IMG/VR virus record: IMGVR_UViG_3300046795_000078
Span: 1-27,079 of that record
Origin: a virus
Lineage: Duplodnaviria > Caudoviricetes
Direction: 5' to 3' (one strand)
Length of the DNA: 27,079 bases
Positions 15,501 through 23,891 of this stretch are shown here, piece after piece. Position 1 is the first letter of the stretch, and every line of letters begins with the position of its first letter. The translations under genes were made by a program, and so were the position numbers. Below the pieces are notes generated by a model. It was given only the letters and a program-made list of their open reading frames with translations, did not search any database and was not told the origin of the DNA.

Positions 15501-16766
15501 ATTTATTCCCAGACCCTCGTCGACCGCACCCGCGCCGCGCTCGAAGCGACCTTCGCCGATCGCCTCCCTTCCGGCCTGCTCGACATCCCGCCCGAGGACA
15601 TCCAGGGGTGGCGTGTTCGCCTGGCCGATGTGTTCAACGAGCGGGGCGAGCAGCAGCGCCCGCTCACGCCCGAGGAGCTCTACTTCGTCTTCTCCGAGCG
15701 CACCCGGTCCCGGATCGACTACGCCTACTGGGCCGAGCGCTACTCGACCATCAACCTGGAAGCCTCGACCATCGGCCCGCTCTATCCGCTGTGGGAATCG
15801 CAGCGCCTGATCCTCGCCGAGATCGGCCGCATCCAGCTCGAACGGACCGACTCGCACTACCCCGACGGCGTACTCATCGACATCCTCAAGGCGCGGCAGC
15901 TCGGCGCCTCGACGCTCTGCAGCTCGATCCTCTGCCACCGCACGACGACACACCCGCACACCTTCGGCCTGCTCGCCAGCGACGTGCCCGACAACAGTGC
16001 GTTCCTCTACGACATGTACGAGCGCCAACTCGATCACCTGCCCTGGTGGATGAAGCCGGTCGTCGTCGAACGGGTCAAGAACGACGAGATCGTCTACGAC
16101 ACCGGCGCGCGGCTCTTCGTCGGCGCGAGCAAATCGACGCGCGGGGCCGACAAGCTGAAACGCGATTCGATCGACGGCAAGAAGGGGCAGCTCGGTCGCG
16201 GCCGCACCATCGCCGTCGCGCACCTCTCGGAGATTGCGACCTGGACGAACCCGCAGCAGATCGACAGCTCGTTTCTCCCCACCGTGCCCTACTCGCCGGT
16301 CGCCTTCGTCGCCAAGGAATCGACGGCGCAGGGGTGGGGGCCGCGCAATTACTGGTGCCAGGACTTCCAGATCGCCAAGGCCGGCAAGGGCCGCTTCCGC
16401 GCCATCTTCATTCCCTGGTATGCCGAGTCGAGCAAGTACCGCCTGCCGGCGCCGCTCTCCTGGTCGCCCGCCGACGACACGCTCGCGCACGCGCGTCGGG
16501 CCGAGGAGTACGGGCCGCGCTGGATGCACCGCCGTGTCGCGCTCACCCGCGACCAGCTCTATTGGTACGAGACCGCACGCGAGGAGGCCGACGCCAAGGA
16601 TCTGCTGAGCGACTTCCTGCAGGAATTCCCGGCTGATGACGAGGAAGCGTTCCAGATGGCCGGGCACTCGATCTTCACGGTCAAGACGATCGAGCGGATC
16701 AAGAGTCAGGCACGGCCGCTGTGCGGGATGGTCGAGATCAGCCCGAACCGGCAGCTCGGGGTTTAG
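15501..16766 (+). CDS. terL: terminase large subunit, ATPase domain only
   Basis: Walker A variant LKARQLGAST, GRG.T plus Walker B AHLSE, coupling motif ESTA, FIPWY and QEFP. The proposed start is ATT 15501 after GAGGAGG; the first canonical start is GTG 15630. Confidence 0.88.
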   Translation: MYSQTLVDRTRAALEATFADRLPSGLLDIPPEDIQGWRVRLADVFNERGEQQRPLTPEELYFVFSERTRSRIDYAYWAERYSTINLEASTIGPLYPLWESQRLILAEIGRIQLERTDSHYPDGVLIDILKARQLGASTLCSSILCHRTTTHPHTFGLLASDVPDNSAFLYDMYERQLDHLPWWMKPVVVERVKNDEIVYDTGARLFVGASKSTRGADKLKRDSIDGKKGQLGRGRTIAVAHLSEIATWTNPQQIDSSFLPTVPYSPVAFVAKESTAQGWGPRNYWCQDFQIAKAGKGRFRAIFIPWYAESSKYRLPAPLSWSPADDTLAHARRAEEYGPRWMHRRVALTRDQLYWYETAREEADAKDLLSDFLQEFPADDEEAFQMAGHSIFTVKTIERIKSQARPLCGMVEISPNRQLGV

Positions 16767-16776
16767 ACTGGTCGTC

Positions 16777-17082
16777 ATGCTGACCCGTCGCGCCATGCTT
16801 CGGTCGCTGTTGTCGCTGCCCATCGCGGCGACCCTCGACATCGAGAAGCTGCTCTGGATTCCGGGGCAGATGGTCGTCGTTCCGCAGACCTACGGCGTGC
16901 ACCGGATCATGCTCGACGACATCAACGCGGCCACGCTGCGGATGTGGGTGCCGGCGATCGAACAGTTCTTCACGGCCGATCCGTTCCTGAAGATGTTGAA
17001 AGATCGCACACAGCTCTCGTTCGACGGCCGCACGATCGAAGTGCCGATCCTCTACGATCGGCAGCCGGTGGGCCAGGGCTGA
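16777..17082 (+). CDS. twin-arginine-type leader fused to a major-capsid N-terminal paralog (101 aa)
   Basis: MLTRRAMLRSLL leader; the C-terminal half aligns by hand to the spliced MCP N-terminus (19/49 identities). Confidence 0.75.
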   Translation: MLTRRAMLRSLLSLPIAATLDIEKLLWIPGQMVVVPQTYGVHRIMLDDINAATLRMWVPAIEQFFTADPFLKMLKDRTQLSFDGRTIEVPILYDRQPVGQG

Positions 17083-18062
17083 TGGCTGACTTCATCTCCT
17101 TCCCCCGCGACGAGTCCCTCCTCTCGCTCAACCAGCAAGCCCTCCAGCTCGCTCTGGCCGACGCGCCCTACCGGGTCGCGCCCGGCTACGGGATGCGCTC
17201 GCTCAAGCCTTCAGAGTGGAAATCGCTCCTGGCCGAGCCCGACGACGATGGGCTCTTCGATCGCCTGCTGGTCTTCGAACCTCCCCGCAAAGGGTTCCTC
17301 TACATCGTCTCGGTCGACGTCAGCAACGGCATCGGCCAGGACCGGTCGGTCATCGACGTCATCCGTGTCGCCACCATCCGCGAGCCGAACGAGCAGGTGG
17401 CGCAGTTCGTCACCGACCAGATCGATCCGTCCGACCTCGCCTTCGTCGTCGACACCGTCGGCCGGCTCTACAAGGGCCGCGACGATATGCCGGCCGAGGT
17501 CGCCATCGAGTGCGGCCAGGGACCGGGCATGACGACTCAGGACGTGCTGTTCAAGCAGATCGGCTATCCGAACCTCTACGTCTGGCAGGTGCTCGACAAC
17601 CGCGCCCTGAGTAAATCCTTCACCACCAAACTCGGCTGGTGGACGACCCGGCAATCCCGCCCGATCATCATCCAGGGGCTGCACCACGCGCTGAAAACGG
17701 TCGACCCACATACCGGCGTGCCCGACTTCCGGCTCAACTCCCCGCTCACGATCCGGGAGCTGCGGACCTTCGTCAGCCCTGGTCCGGTGTGGATGGCCGA
17801 AGCCGCCGAAGGCGCCTTCGACGACTGCGTCATGTCGGCGGCGATCGGGAATTTCGTCGCCGAGCGCAAGCAGCAGGGCTACCGCGAGACCATCCACGAA
17901 ACCCGTCGACGCCTCAGCGAAGAGTCGGCCCGGCTGACCGCACGGCGCCAGCAGGATAAGAACCCGGTGACGCCGCAGACGACCGACATCACGGCGGCTG
18001 AACTGATGGGACAGCCCGATCCGTACGAGTCGGAGTGGGAGACCAATCCGCACATGCTTTAG
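17082..18062 (+). CDS. terL: terminase large subunit, RNase H-like nuclease domain only
   Basis: YIVSVDVSNG...D, VAIE, GWWTT..SRP and GAFDDCVMSAAI. The ATG overlaps the upstream TGA (TGATG). Confidence 0.88.
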   Translation: MADFISFPRDESLLSLNQQALQLALADAPYRVAPGYGMRSLKPSEWKSLLAEPDDDGLFDRLLVFEPPRKGFLYIVSVDVSNGIGQDRSVIDVIRVATIREPNEQVAQFVTDQIDPSDLAFVVDTVGRLYKGRDDMPAEVAIECGQGPGMTTQDVLFKQIGYPNLYVWQVLDNRALSKSFTTKLGWWTTRQSRPIIIQGLHHALKTVDPHTGVPDFRLNSPLTIRELRTFVSPGPVWMAEAAEGAFDDCVMSAAIGNFVAERKQQGYRETIHETRRRLSEESARLTARRQQDKNPVTPQTTDITAAELMGQPDPYESEWETNPHML

Positions 18063-18074
18063 AATGCCGGGCGG

Positions 18075-18245
18075 GTGCGAGCCATCGACTTCACGCTCCC
18101 CGTCCGCTTCGCCGCCGACTGCCCGGCGTGCGTCAGCTGTGGCGAACCCTGGTGCCCGGTCCACGACATGCACTACGCCGAGTGTCCGTGTCCGGGACCG
18201 ATGTCCGACCCCGACGATGATGAAGAAGAAGACAAGGACCGGTAA
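18075..18245 (+). CDS. Cys-rich micro-protein
   Basis: Manual translation MRAIDFTLPVRFAADCPACVSCGEPWCPVHDMHYAECPCPGP... Confidence 0.6.
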   Translation: MRAIDFTLPVRFAADCPACVSCGEPWCPVHDMHYAECPCPGPMSDPDDDEEEDKDR

Positions 18246-18387
18246 GAAGAAGAACCCGCAGGACACGACGCTCCGCAACGTGCGCGCGACGAGCAAACGG
18301 ATTGCTGACCTCGCCCTGCGTCTGAGCCGGGTCGAAACGCGTGTCGCCGATCTCGAAGATGCGGTGAATCCTCCAGAGAAAGACTGA
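18217..18387 (+). CDS. small basic coiled-coil protein
   Basis: MMKKK..DTTLRNVRA..LSRVETRVADLE. Confidence 0.55.
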   Translation: MMKKKTRTGKKKNPQDTTLRNVRATSKRIADLALRLSRVETRVADLEDAVNPPEKD

Positions 18388-18390
18388 GCG

Positions 18391-18786
18391 ATGAAGATCA
18401 CCCTCTCGCTCGACGACGATTTCGCAGAGGCGTACACCAAAGAGGCCCAGTCCCGGCGGCTGTCGGTCGCCGCCGTCATCGCGCAACGGCTGCTGACCGC
18501 GCTGCCGCTCGACCCACGGAAGCGTGGCATCGTCATCGGTGACGCGCAGATCCTGCAGGAGCTGGAGTCGATTCTCGGTGGCGGCAGTCTGACGTCCGAA
18601 CGCGACCTCGTTGAGAAGGTCCGCCGCCTCGCCCGGATCAAGTTCGGGGACCACACCTTTTCGATCACGCCAGGGCAGTTCGAGGAGCTCAAGTTCCGCG
18701 CGACCAAAACCGGCCGCTCGGTCGAGCAACTGATCGCCGACCTCTACACGCGGATGTCGCAGGATCTGTTCCGCACGGTCGCTTGA
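18391..18786 (+). CDS. protein with two ribbon-helix-helix-like segments
   Basis: MKITLSLDDD..A..RRLSV..VI and FSITPGQFEELK.RA..GRSVEQLI. Confidence 0.6.
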   Translation: MKITLSLDDDFAEAYTKEAQSRRLSVAAVIAQRLLTALPLDPRKRGIVIGDAQILQELESILGGGSLTSERDLVEKVRRLARIKFGDHTFSITPGQFEELKFRATKTGRSVEQLIADLYTRMSQDLFRTVA

Positions 18787-18800
18787 ACAAGGAGTTGCTG

Positions 18801-19496
18801 ATGATTCGACAGCGACAGAGTGGTCTCTACGTCCTGTTGTTGATGCTGGGGATCTCACTTGGATCGGCCGTCGCGATCTTCGGCCAGCAGGCAACCGTCA
18901 CCTCGACCTATCCGACCATGCCACAGAACGTCGCCCAGTGGTCGGGCACCTCGGTCACCGCCGCCGCCGCGCTCTCCGATACCTCCGGCAACCCGACCGC
19001 GCCGCAGATCGGTGCCGACGGCATGGTCTGGGACACGACGCAGTGGGTCCGGCGCAAGGGCACGGCGCTGGCGACCTTCCCAACGGCCGTCACGCTCACA
19101 TCGAGGAATGCTGTCGGCGCAGCGGTCATGGAGCACTCGTCGCGCTGGTCGGTCATCCACAACCCGGCGGCCAGCTCGCAGGCGACTGCGTCGATCGCCG
19201 CAGAAGGCTCGGTGCGCCACATCGCCGACTGCATCTCGTTCTCGGCGGGTTCGACCACCGCCCCGGCACTGACCGCGCTCACCGTGAACCTGCGCGACGG
19301 GGCGACCGGTGCCGGCACGATCATCTGGACACACGAAGTGGTGATCTCGAACGCGACCGGGCAGAACGTGCTGCCCTACAGCCAGTGCGGACTGAACCTG
19401 CCCGGTACCACGAATACGGCCCTCACGCTGGAGTTTTCGGCGCTGCTGACGAACCTGATTGAGTCGGTCAGTTTGAGCGGCTTCAACCTGCAGTGA
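18801..19496 (+). CDS. Ala/Thr/Ser-rich beta-type protein with signal peptide/TM (possibly virion-associated)
   Basis: SD AAGGAG; hydrophobic N-terminus LYVLLLMLGISLGSAVAIFG. Confidence 0.7.
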   Translation: MIRQRQSGLYVLLLMLGISLGSAVAIFGQQATVTSTYPTMPQNVAQWSGTSVTAAAALSDTSGNPTAPQIGADGMVWDTTQWVRRKGTALATFPTAVTLTSRNAVGAAVMEHSSRWSVIHNPAASSQATASIAAEGSVRHIADCISFSAGSTTAPALTALTVNLRDGATGAGTIIWTHEVVISNATGQNVLPYSQCGLNLPGTTNTALTLEFSALLTNLIESVSLSGFNLQ

Positions 19497-19505
19497 GCTG
19501 AGGAG

Positions 19506-20000
19506 ATGCCCCGCCAGCGCTTCCTCTGCCCCCGCTGCGGCTTCATCGGCGAGGTCTGGTATCCGATGCCGGAGTACTCACCGGCGCACCAGCGGCTCAC
19601 CGCCTATCCGCCCTGCCCGAACTGCGCGATCGAATTCCCGGCGCCGGTCTCCCAGGAGCTGACGCCCTACCCCGAACGCATGACCCACGACCTGCTGACC
19701 GGCGGCACCGGGCTCGACGTCCTCAACGCCACCGGCGACGCCGAGGTCCGGATCTCCTCCCTCTCGGAGATCCGGACGATCGAAAACGAATCGCTGCGCC
19801 GCGCGCGCAACGGCGACGGCAGCCCGATGGTCTTCAGAGGCTTCAGTCAGAACCGCTCCAACCGCCACGTCAACACCTTCAGCGGCACCCCACTCGAAAC
19901 GAACAAACCGGAGAAAATCGATCCCCGCGCGATGCGGACGACGCAGGGCCGGCCGATCACCGCGGCTGCCATCCCCGAGTCACAAGCACCGCGTGAGTAA
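19506..20000 (+). CDS. FmdB-like zinc-ribbon protein
   Basis: MP...F.CPRCG...CPNC; SD GAGGAG; lies upstream of the portal. Confidence 0.65.
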   Translation: MPRQRFLCPRCGFIGEVWYPMPEYSPAHQRLTAYPPCPNCAIEFPAPVSQELTPYPERMTHDLLTGGTGLDVLNATGDAEVRISSLSEIRTIENESLRRARNGDGSPMVFRGFSQNRSNRHVNTFSGTPLETNKPEKIDPRAMRTTQGRPITAAAIPESQAPRE

Positions 20001-20005
20001 CTGAT

Positions 20006-20245
20006 ATGCGCTACCGCAAGAAGGCCGTCGAGTGCGACCTCATCCTGTTCGCCGGGTTTGGCGATCCGCTTCCTGCCGGAGTGGAGGTCCGGATCAACCA
20101 AGGACGGTCTGAGGTCTGGAACGAGCTGCACCAATCGTGGATCGGCCTCGTCGCTGGTGATTTCATCAACGTCTCCACGCCCGGCGACGTGTACCCGATC
20201 AAAGCGGACGTCGTCGCCGCGTCCTATGAACGGATCGCCGAGTAA
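20006..20245 (+). CDS. conserved small phage protein (PGDYG-like)
   Basis: MRYRKK.VE..GDFI...GDVYPIK.DV...SYE. Confidence 0.7.
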   Translation: MRYRKKAVECDLILFAGFGDPLPAGVEVRINQGRSEVWNELHQSWIGLVAGDFINVSTPGDVYPIKADVVAASYERIAE

Positions 20246-22444
20246 ATGGCACCTGCCGTACTCACGTCACTAAGTGCCAACAGGGAAAACCCGCTCCTGC
20301 GCGCCACCGACACCTTCCTCAAGCCCGGCCAGACCACCGGCCCGGTGCACGACTGGATCAAGGAAGCGGTCGCGGAGGGCGAAGCCTTCATGCAGGCTGA
20401 TCCCTGCTGGGACAATATCGATCGCAACGCCGACTACATCCTCGGCCGGCAACGCGCCCTGCAGATCACCGAGCTCAGGCCGGCCTACGTCAGTCACGCG
20501 GTCCTCAACGAAACCAAACGCACACGCAAACGGCACATCTCGGCGCTGACCGACCTCAAGCCGGTCTACGCCTATCGCACGCCGAATCCGAACTTCCAGA
20601 AACAATCCCTTCTCCTCAATCAGCTCACCGTCGTCCACTGGATCAACACCTTCGCCGATCTCGCCCTGGCCGACGCCGCCGACTACGCCTTCGTCGCCGG
20701 CTCCGGTGACATCGTCTGCGAGTACGACCCCTACTACGGGCCGATGGGCGACATCGTCATGAGCGCGCGCGATCCGCGCGACACGATTCCGATTCGCCCC
20801 AGCCGCGACGGCAGCGTTCAAAACTGGTTCGGCATGATCATCCGCGAAGCGCATTCGCTGAACGTGCTGAAGCAGATGTATCCCAACAACCCGGCACTGC
20901 TCCGGCAGTCGGCCTCGCCCTGGGGCGGCGGCGTCTTCACCAAGTGGAAGCGTGCGCTCAACCGGATCATGGGCAGCGGCTCAACCTCGACACTCTCGGG
21001 ACTGACCAAGGTCCACTCCGGCCCATCCACCCTGACCGGCAACGAAGTCATCCTCTACCGCTGCTACATCAACGACGCCTCGATCAACACGACCGCCCAC
21101 AACGTCCTGATGGGCACGGCCGGCGCGTCGTGGTCCTATCTCGTCCCGCCCGGCGGGCGCCTCTATCCGCGCAAGCGCCTCATCGTCGCCACCGAAGCCG
21201 GCATCCTCTGGGACGGGCCGAATACCTACTGGCACGGCATGTTCCCGTGCGCGCGTCTGCAGCTCGATCACGTCCCGTGGAGTTTCTTCGGCGTGCCGAT
21301 CGTCGACAGCAACCTGCCGATCCAGGACGCGATCAACGACCTGCTGAACGCGATGCTCGACGACATCCGGCAGAAGAAGCGCCCGCCGCTGGCCGGCAAC
21401 GCGCGGGTCAGCGAGCCGAAGCTCAAACAGTTCGATCCGCTCAAGCCGAACGCCCGCATCCGCACCGAGGAGCAGGTCGGCACCGGCCTCCAGGTGGTCG
21501 AGATCCCGGATCTCCCGCCCTACACCCTCGAACTGTGGCAGGCGCTCCGGACGGCGTTCCACGAAGCGACCGGCGACTCGACGCTCGATGCGCTGCAGGC
21601 CGCCGCGGCCAACCAGTCGTTCGACCCCGAGCAGATCGAAGCCTTCATGAACGCGCTCAGCCCGGAGATGAAGCTCGAAGGCCGCCGGGTCGAGGTCGGG
21701 CTGCGTGAGCTGGCCGAGATGCAGAAGGCGAACATCTTCCAGTTCTACGACCAGAAGAAGCGGATGGCGATCCTGGGCGACGCCGGCATGACGCTGGCCG
21801 ATTTCGACTACGACCCCGGCAACCTCATCCCGGCCATGAACGCTGGCGATGCCGGCTATCACCCCGAGCTCGATTCCAACCGCGACCAGAAGGACCGGGC
21901 GCAGTTCTTCCTGCAGCTCTTCACCTTCTACGTCACACCGAATTCGCTCCTCGCGCTCAACGCCAAGTCCGAGCAGCTGAAGTATGTCCAGCTCGCGCGT
22001 GCGGGCCTGTGCGACCGCTGGACGCTCTGGGAGAAGCTGGAGATTCCCAACGGCGGCAGCCCGCCGATGATGCTGCTGCCCGCTGATGAGCAGAGCACGC
22101 CGCCCGATCCGGAACTCATGGCGGCGGTCCAGTCCGGCCTGGTGCCGAACATGTCGATCGATCCGAACACGCACCAGCTCCTGACGCTCCGGGTGCCGAC
22201 CACGATCACCGAGCGGCTCCAGGCCGAGATGCAGCTCTTCGGCGGCGGCATGACGGTCGGCCCGGCCGGCTCGTCGGCGTCGAGCGGCAACCCGACCCAG
22301 GGTGGCGGGGGCGGTGGTGGCAGCATGGGCGGAGCCAGAGAGGGCGCCGGGCGGAAGGCGACCGCGCAGAAGTCCCCGTCGATCGAACGGCAGCCGTTAC
22401 CGGGCGGCGGGGAGCGGATCAAGATGAGCGAGTCGCGTCGCTGA
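20246..22444 (+). CDS. portal protein (podovirus/P22-like)
   Basis: 732-aa protein between TerL and the scaffold/MCP; N.T, DP, PW.FFG..IV....PIQ..IN pattern; low-complexity C-terminus. Confidence 0.82.
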   Translation: MAPAVLTSLSANRENPLLRATDTFLKPGQTTGPVHDWIKEAVAEGEAFMQADPCWDNIDRNADYILGRQRALQITELRPAYVSHAVLNETKRTRKRHISALTDLKPVYAYRTPNPNFQKQSLLLNQLTVVHWINTFADLALADAADYAFVAGSGDIVCEYDPYYGPMGDIVMSARDPRDTIPIRPSRDGSVQNWFGMIIREAHSLNVLKQMYPNNPALLRQSASPWGGGVFTKWKRALNRIMGSGSTSTLSGLTKVHSGPSTLTGNEVILYRCYINDASINTTAHNVLMGTAGASWSYLVPPGGRLYPRKRLIVATEAGILWDGPNTYWHGMFPCARLQLDHVPWSFFGVPIVDSNLPIQDAINDLLNAMLDDIRQKKRPPLAGNARVSEPKLKQFDPLKPNARIRTEEQVGTGLQVVEIPDLPPYTLELWQALRTAFHEATGDSTLDALQAAAANQSFDPEQIEAFMNALSPEMKLEGRRVEVGLRELAEMQKANIFQFYDQKKRMAILGDAGMTLADFDYDPGNLIPAMNAGDAGYHPELDSNRDQKDRAQFFLQLFTFYVTPNSLLALNAKSEQLKYVQLARAGLCDRWTLWEKLEIPNGGSPPMMLLPADEQSTPPDPELMAAVQSGLVPNMSIDPNTHQLLTLRVPTTITERLQAEMQLFGGGMTVGPAGSSASSGNPTQGGGGGGGSMGGAREGAGRKATAQKSPSIERQPLPGGGERIKMSESRR

Positions 22445-22524
22445 TGTGTTCCTTCCTCATCGGTGTCCTCGTCGGCGGCGGCATCATTTGGATCGGTCTT
22501 ACCCTCTGGCAAACGCTACGCTGA
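22444..22524 (+). CDS. 26-aa single-TM micro-protein
   Basis: MCSFLIGVLVGGGIIWIGLTLWQTLR; TGATG-coupled on both sides. Confidence 0.6.
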   Translation: MCSFLIGVLVGGGIIWIGLTLWQTLR

Positions 22525-22760
22525 TGAGCCGCATCACCGACCTGATTCAGCGCCACGCCGCGCATCATCACCCGATCGATCTCCACCTGCTCGACGCGAT
22601 CATCTGGCAGGAGCGGTGGTCGGGGTCGCTCACGATTCACTACCACGGTGGTCGGCCGAAGCTGCTCTCAGCCGGCAAGCCGATCGTGGTTGAGGTCGAG
22701 TCTCCGCCTGAACCTCCCGCGCCCGTGTTGGCAGCGTCCTTGACAAACGCCAAGCAATAA
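22524..22760 (+). CDS. small protein, YezD/DUF2292-like
   Basis: WSGSLTIHYHGGRP pattern. Confidence 0.5.
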   Translation: MSRITDLIQRHAAHHHPIDLHLLDAIIWQERWSGSLTIHYHGGRPKLLSAGKPIVVEVESPPEPPAPVLAASLTNAKQ

Positions 22761-22874
22761 GCGGACAGTTCTCGGCTGACAGTACCCGCGCCAACGGGCT
22801 GCACGGACCGCCCAGCATGAGTGGTCCCTCCTGGGGGGTGGCCGGGTCGTTTTTTCGTACGGAGTAATCGAACG

Positions 22875-23201
22875 ATGACACGCAAGTCCGAAGAACTCTC
22901 ATCGTCTGGCGCTCGCGGCGGCGAACCGACCGCCGAAGGCGCAGGCCCGTCGCCGGCCAGCGAACCGGCACCACCCGCAGCGCCGGCACCACCCGCACCA
23001 CCCGCACCACCAGCCACCGAAGCCGTATCTGGCGGTGAGCGTGACTTCGACATCACCCTCAAGAACAACGACAACCCGGACAAGACTGAGACCGTGGTCG
23101 CCCGCGGGATCGACGGTGGGCTCGCCGCGCAGGCCGCGATGCGTGTGCATCCGGGCTGGACGGCCGATCACAGCAAGACGCAGGAGCACACAGCAGGCTG
23201 A
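22875..23201 (+). CDS. Pro/Ala-rich hypothetical protein
   Basis: SD GGAG; PAP repeats. Confidence 0.6.
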   Translation: MTRKSEELSSSGARGGEPTAEGAGPSPASEPAPPAAPAPPAPPAPPATEAVSGGERDFDITLKNNDNPDKTETVVARGIDGGLAAQAAMRVHPGWTADHSKTQEHTAG

Positions 23202-23206
23202 CGCTG

Positions 23207-23380
23207 ATGGCGAATTGGATTGCCGGCGCGATCAAGCACAAAGGTGCGCTGCACAAGGAACTTGGCGTTCCGCAGGGGCAGAAGATCCCGGCAGGCAAGA
23301 TCGCGAAGGCCGCGAAATCCGGCGGCACACTCGGACGGCGCGCACGACTGGCACAGACGCTGAAGTCGTTTCATCACTGA
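23207..23380 (+). CDS. small basic phage protein
   Basis: Manual translation MANWIAGAIKHKGALHKELGVPQGQKIP...GRRARLAQTLKSFHH, a widespread head-region pattern. Confidence 0.8.
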   Translation: MANWIAGAIKHKGALHKELGVPQGQKIPAGKIAKAAKSGGTLGRRARLAQTLKSFHH

Positions 23381-23386
23381 ACGCCG

Positions 23387-23560
23387 ATGCCGCTGACGAG
23401 CAAGAAACAGGCGTTTGATGAATTCAAGGCCGGTACGCTCCACAGCGGCAAAGGCGGACCGGTTGTGAAGGATCGAAAGCAGGCAATCGCGATCGCCCTC
23501 AGTACTGAACGACGCATGAAGGGCAAGTCACAATCCCACAGCCTGGGAGGAAAACGCTGA
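23387..23560 (+). CDS. DUF6496-like small basic protein
   Basis: Manual translation includes EFKAGTLHSGKGGPVVKDRKQAIAIALS. Confidence 0.8.
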   Translation: MPLTSKKQAFDEFKAGTLHSGKGGPVVKDRKQAIAIALSTERRMKGKSQSHSLGGKR

Positions 23561-23891
23561 TGCCAGGGGCAAAGGTGACTACGCCCTCAACAGGCGTCGA
23601 TCGTATTTGGCGAGCAGTTGAGGACCACGTGGTTGGAATGGTGAACGCGCCGTCGAGACTCGCTGATCGTCTCTCGGGAAGGTTACCGTCTCAGATCGAT
23701 CCGATTGACCGTGAAGTCTACCGGTCGCAAGCGGCGCGTGCGATTGACGAGTCCGAACAACGGCAGACCGGGCGGATGTCACGGGATATTCCACTGCCAA
23801 TGGACTATCTGCCACGTTCGTCGTTGCTTGAGAGTACTCGGCCGATCGCACCACTCAAACAGTTCTACCCATTGGGAGGAAAACGCTGATG
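23544..23891 (+). repeat. 19-bp direct repeats flanking one gene
   Basis: TGGGAGGAAAACGCTGATG at 23544-23562 and 23873-23891. Confidence 0.9.
23560..23889 (+). CDS. hypothetical protein
   Basis: 109-aa ORF with SD GGAGG and lower GC3 than its neighbours. Confidence 0.65.
   Translation: MPGAKVTTPSTGVDRIWRAVEDHVVGMVNAPSRLADRLSGRLPSQIDPIDREVYRSQAARAIDESEQRQTGRMSRDIPLPMDYLPRSSLLESTRPIAPLKQFYPLGGKR

Noticed and set aside
16764-16766. Genome-wide TAG recoding (alternative genetic code)
   Set aside because: Other long genes are uninterrupted, and TAG ends genes sensibly at 18062, 24038 and 5710.
16767-17081. Intron or intein explaining the TerL split
   Set aside because: No group I P4/P7 or group II end motifs and no intein C...HN signature; the interval is filled by a GC3-rich, coupled ORF.
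15432-22174. Long minus-strand ORFs (15432..16841, 17211..18707, 20981..22174) and similar antisense ORFs such as 3476..4651 and 155..913
   Set aside because: These are shadow frames of well-supported GC3-rich genes on the opposite strand, with no recognisable motifs.
22521-23410. Hammerhead-like CTGATGA / CTGACGA..GAAA cores
   Set aside because: They fall at stop/start overlaps or inside CDSs and lack the required flanking stems.
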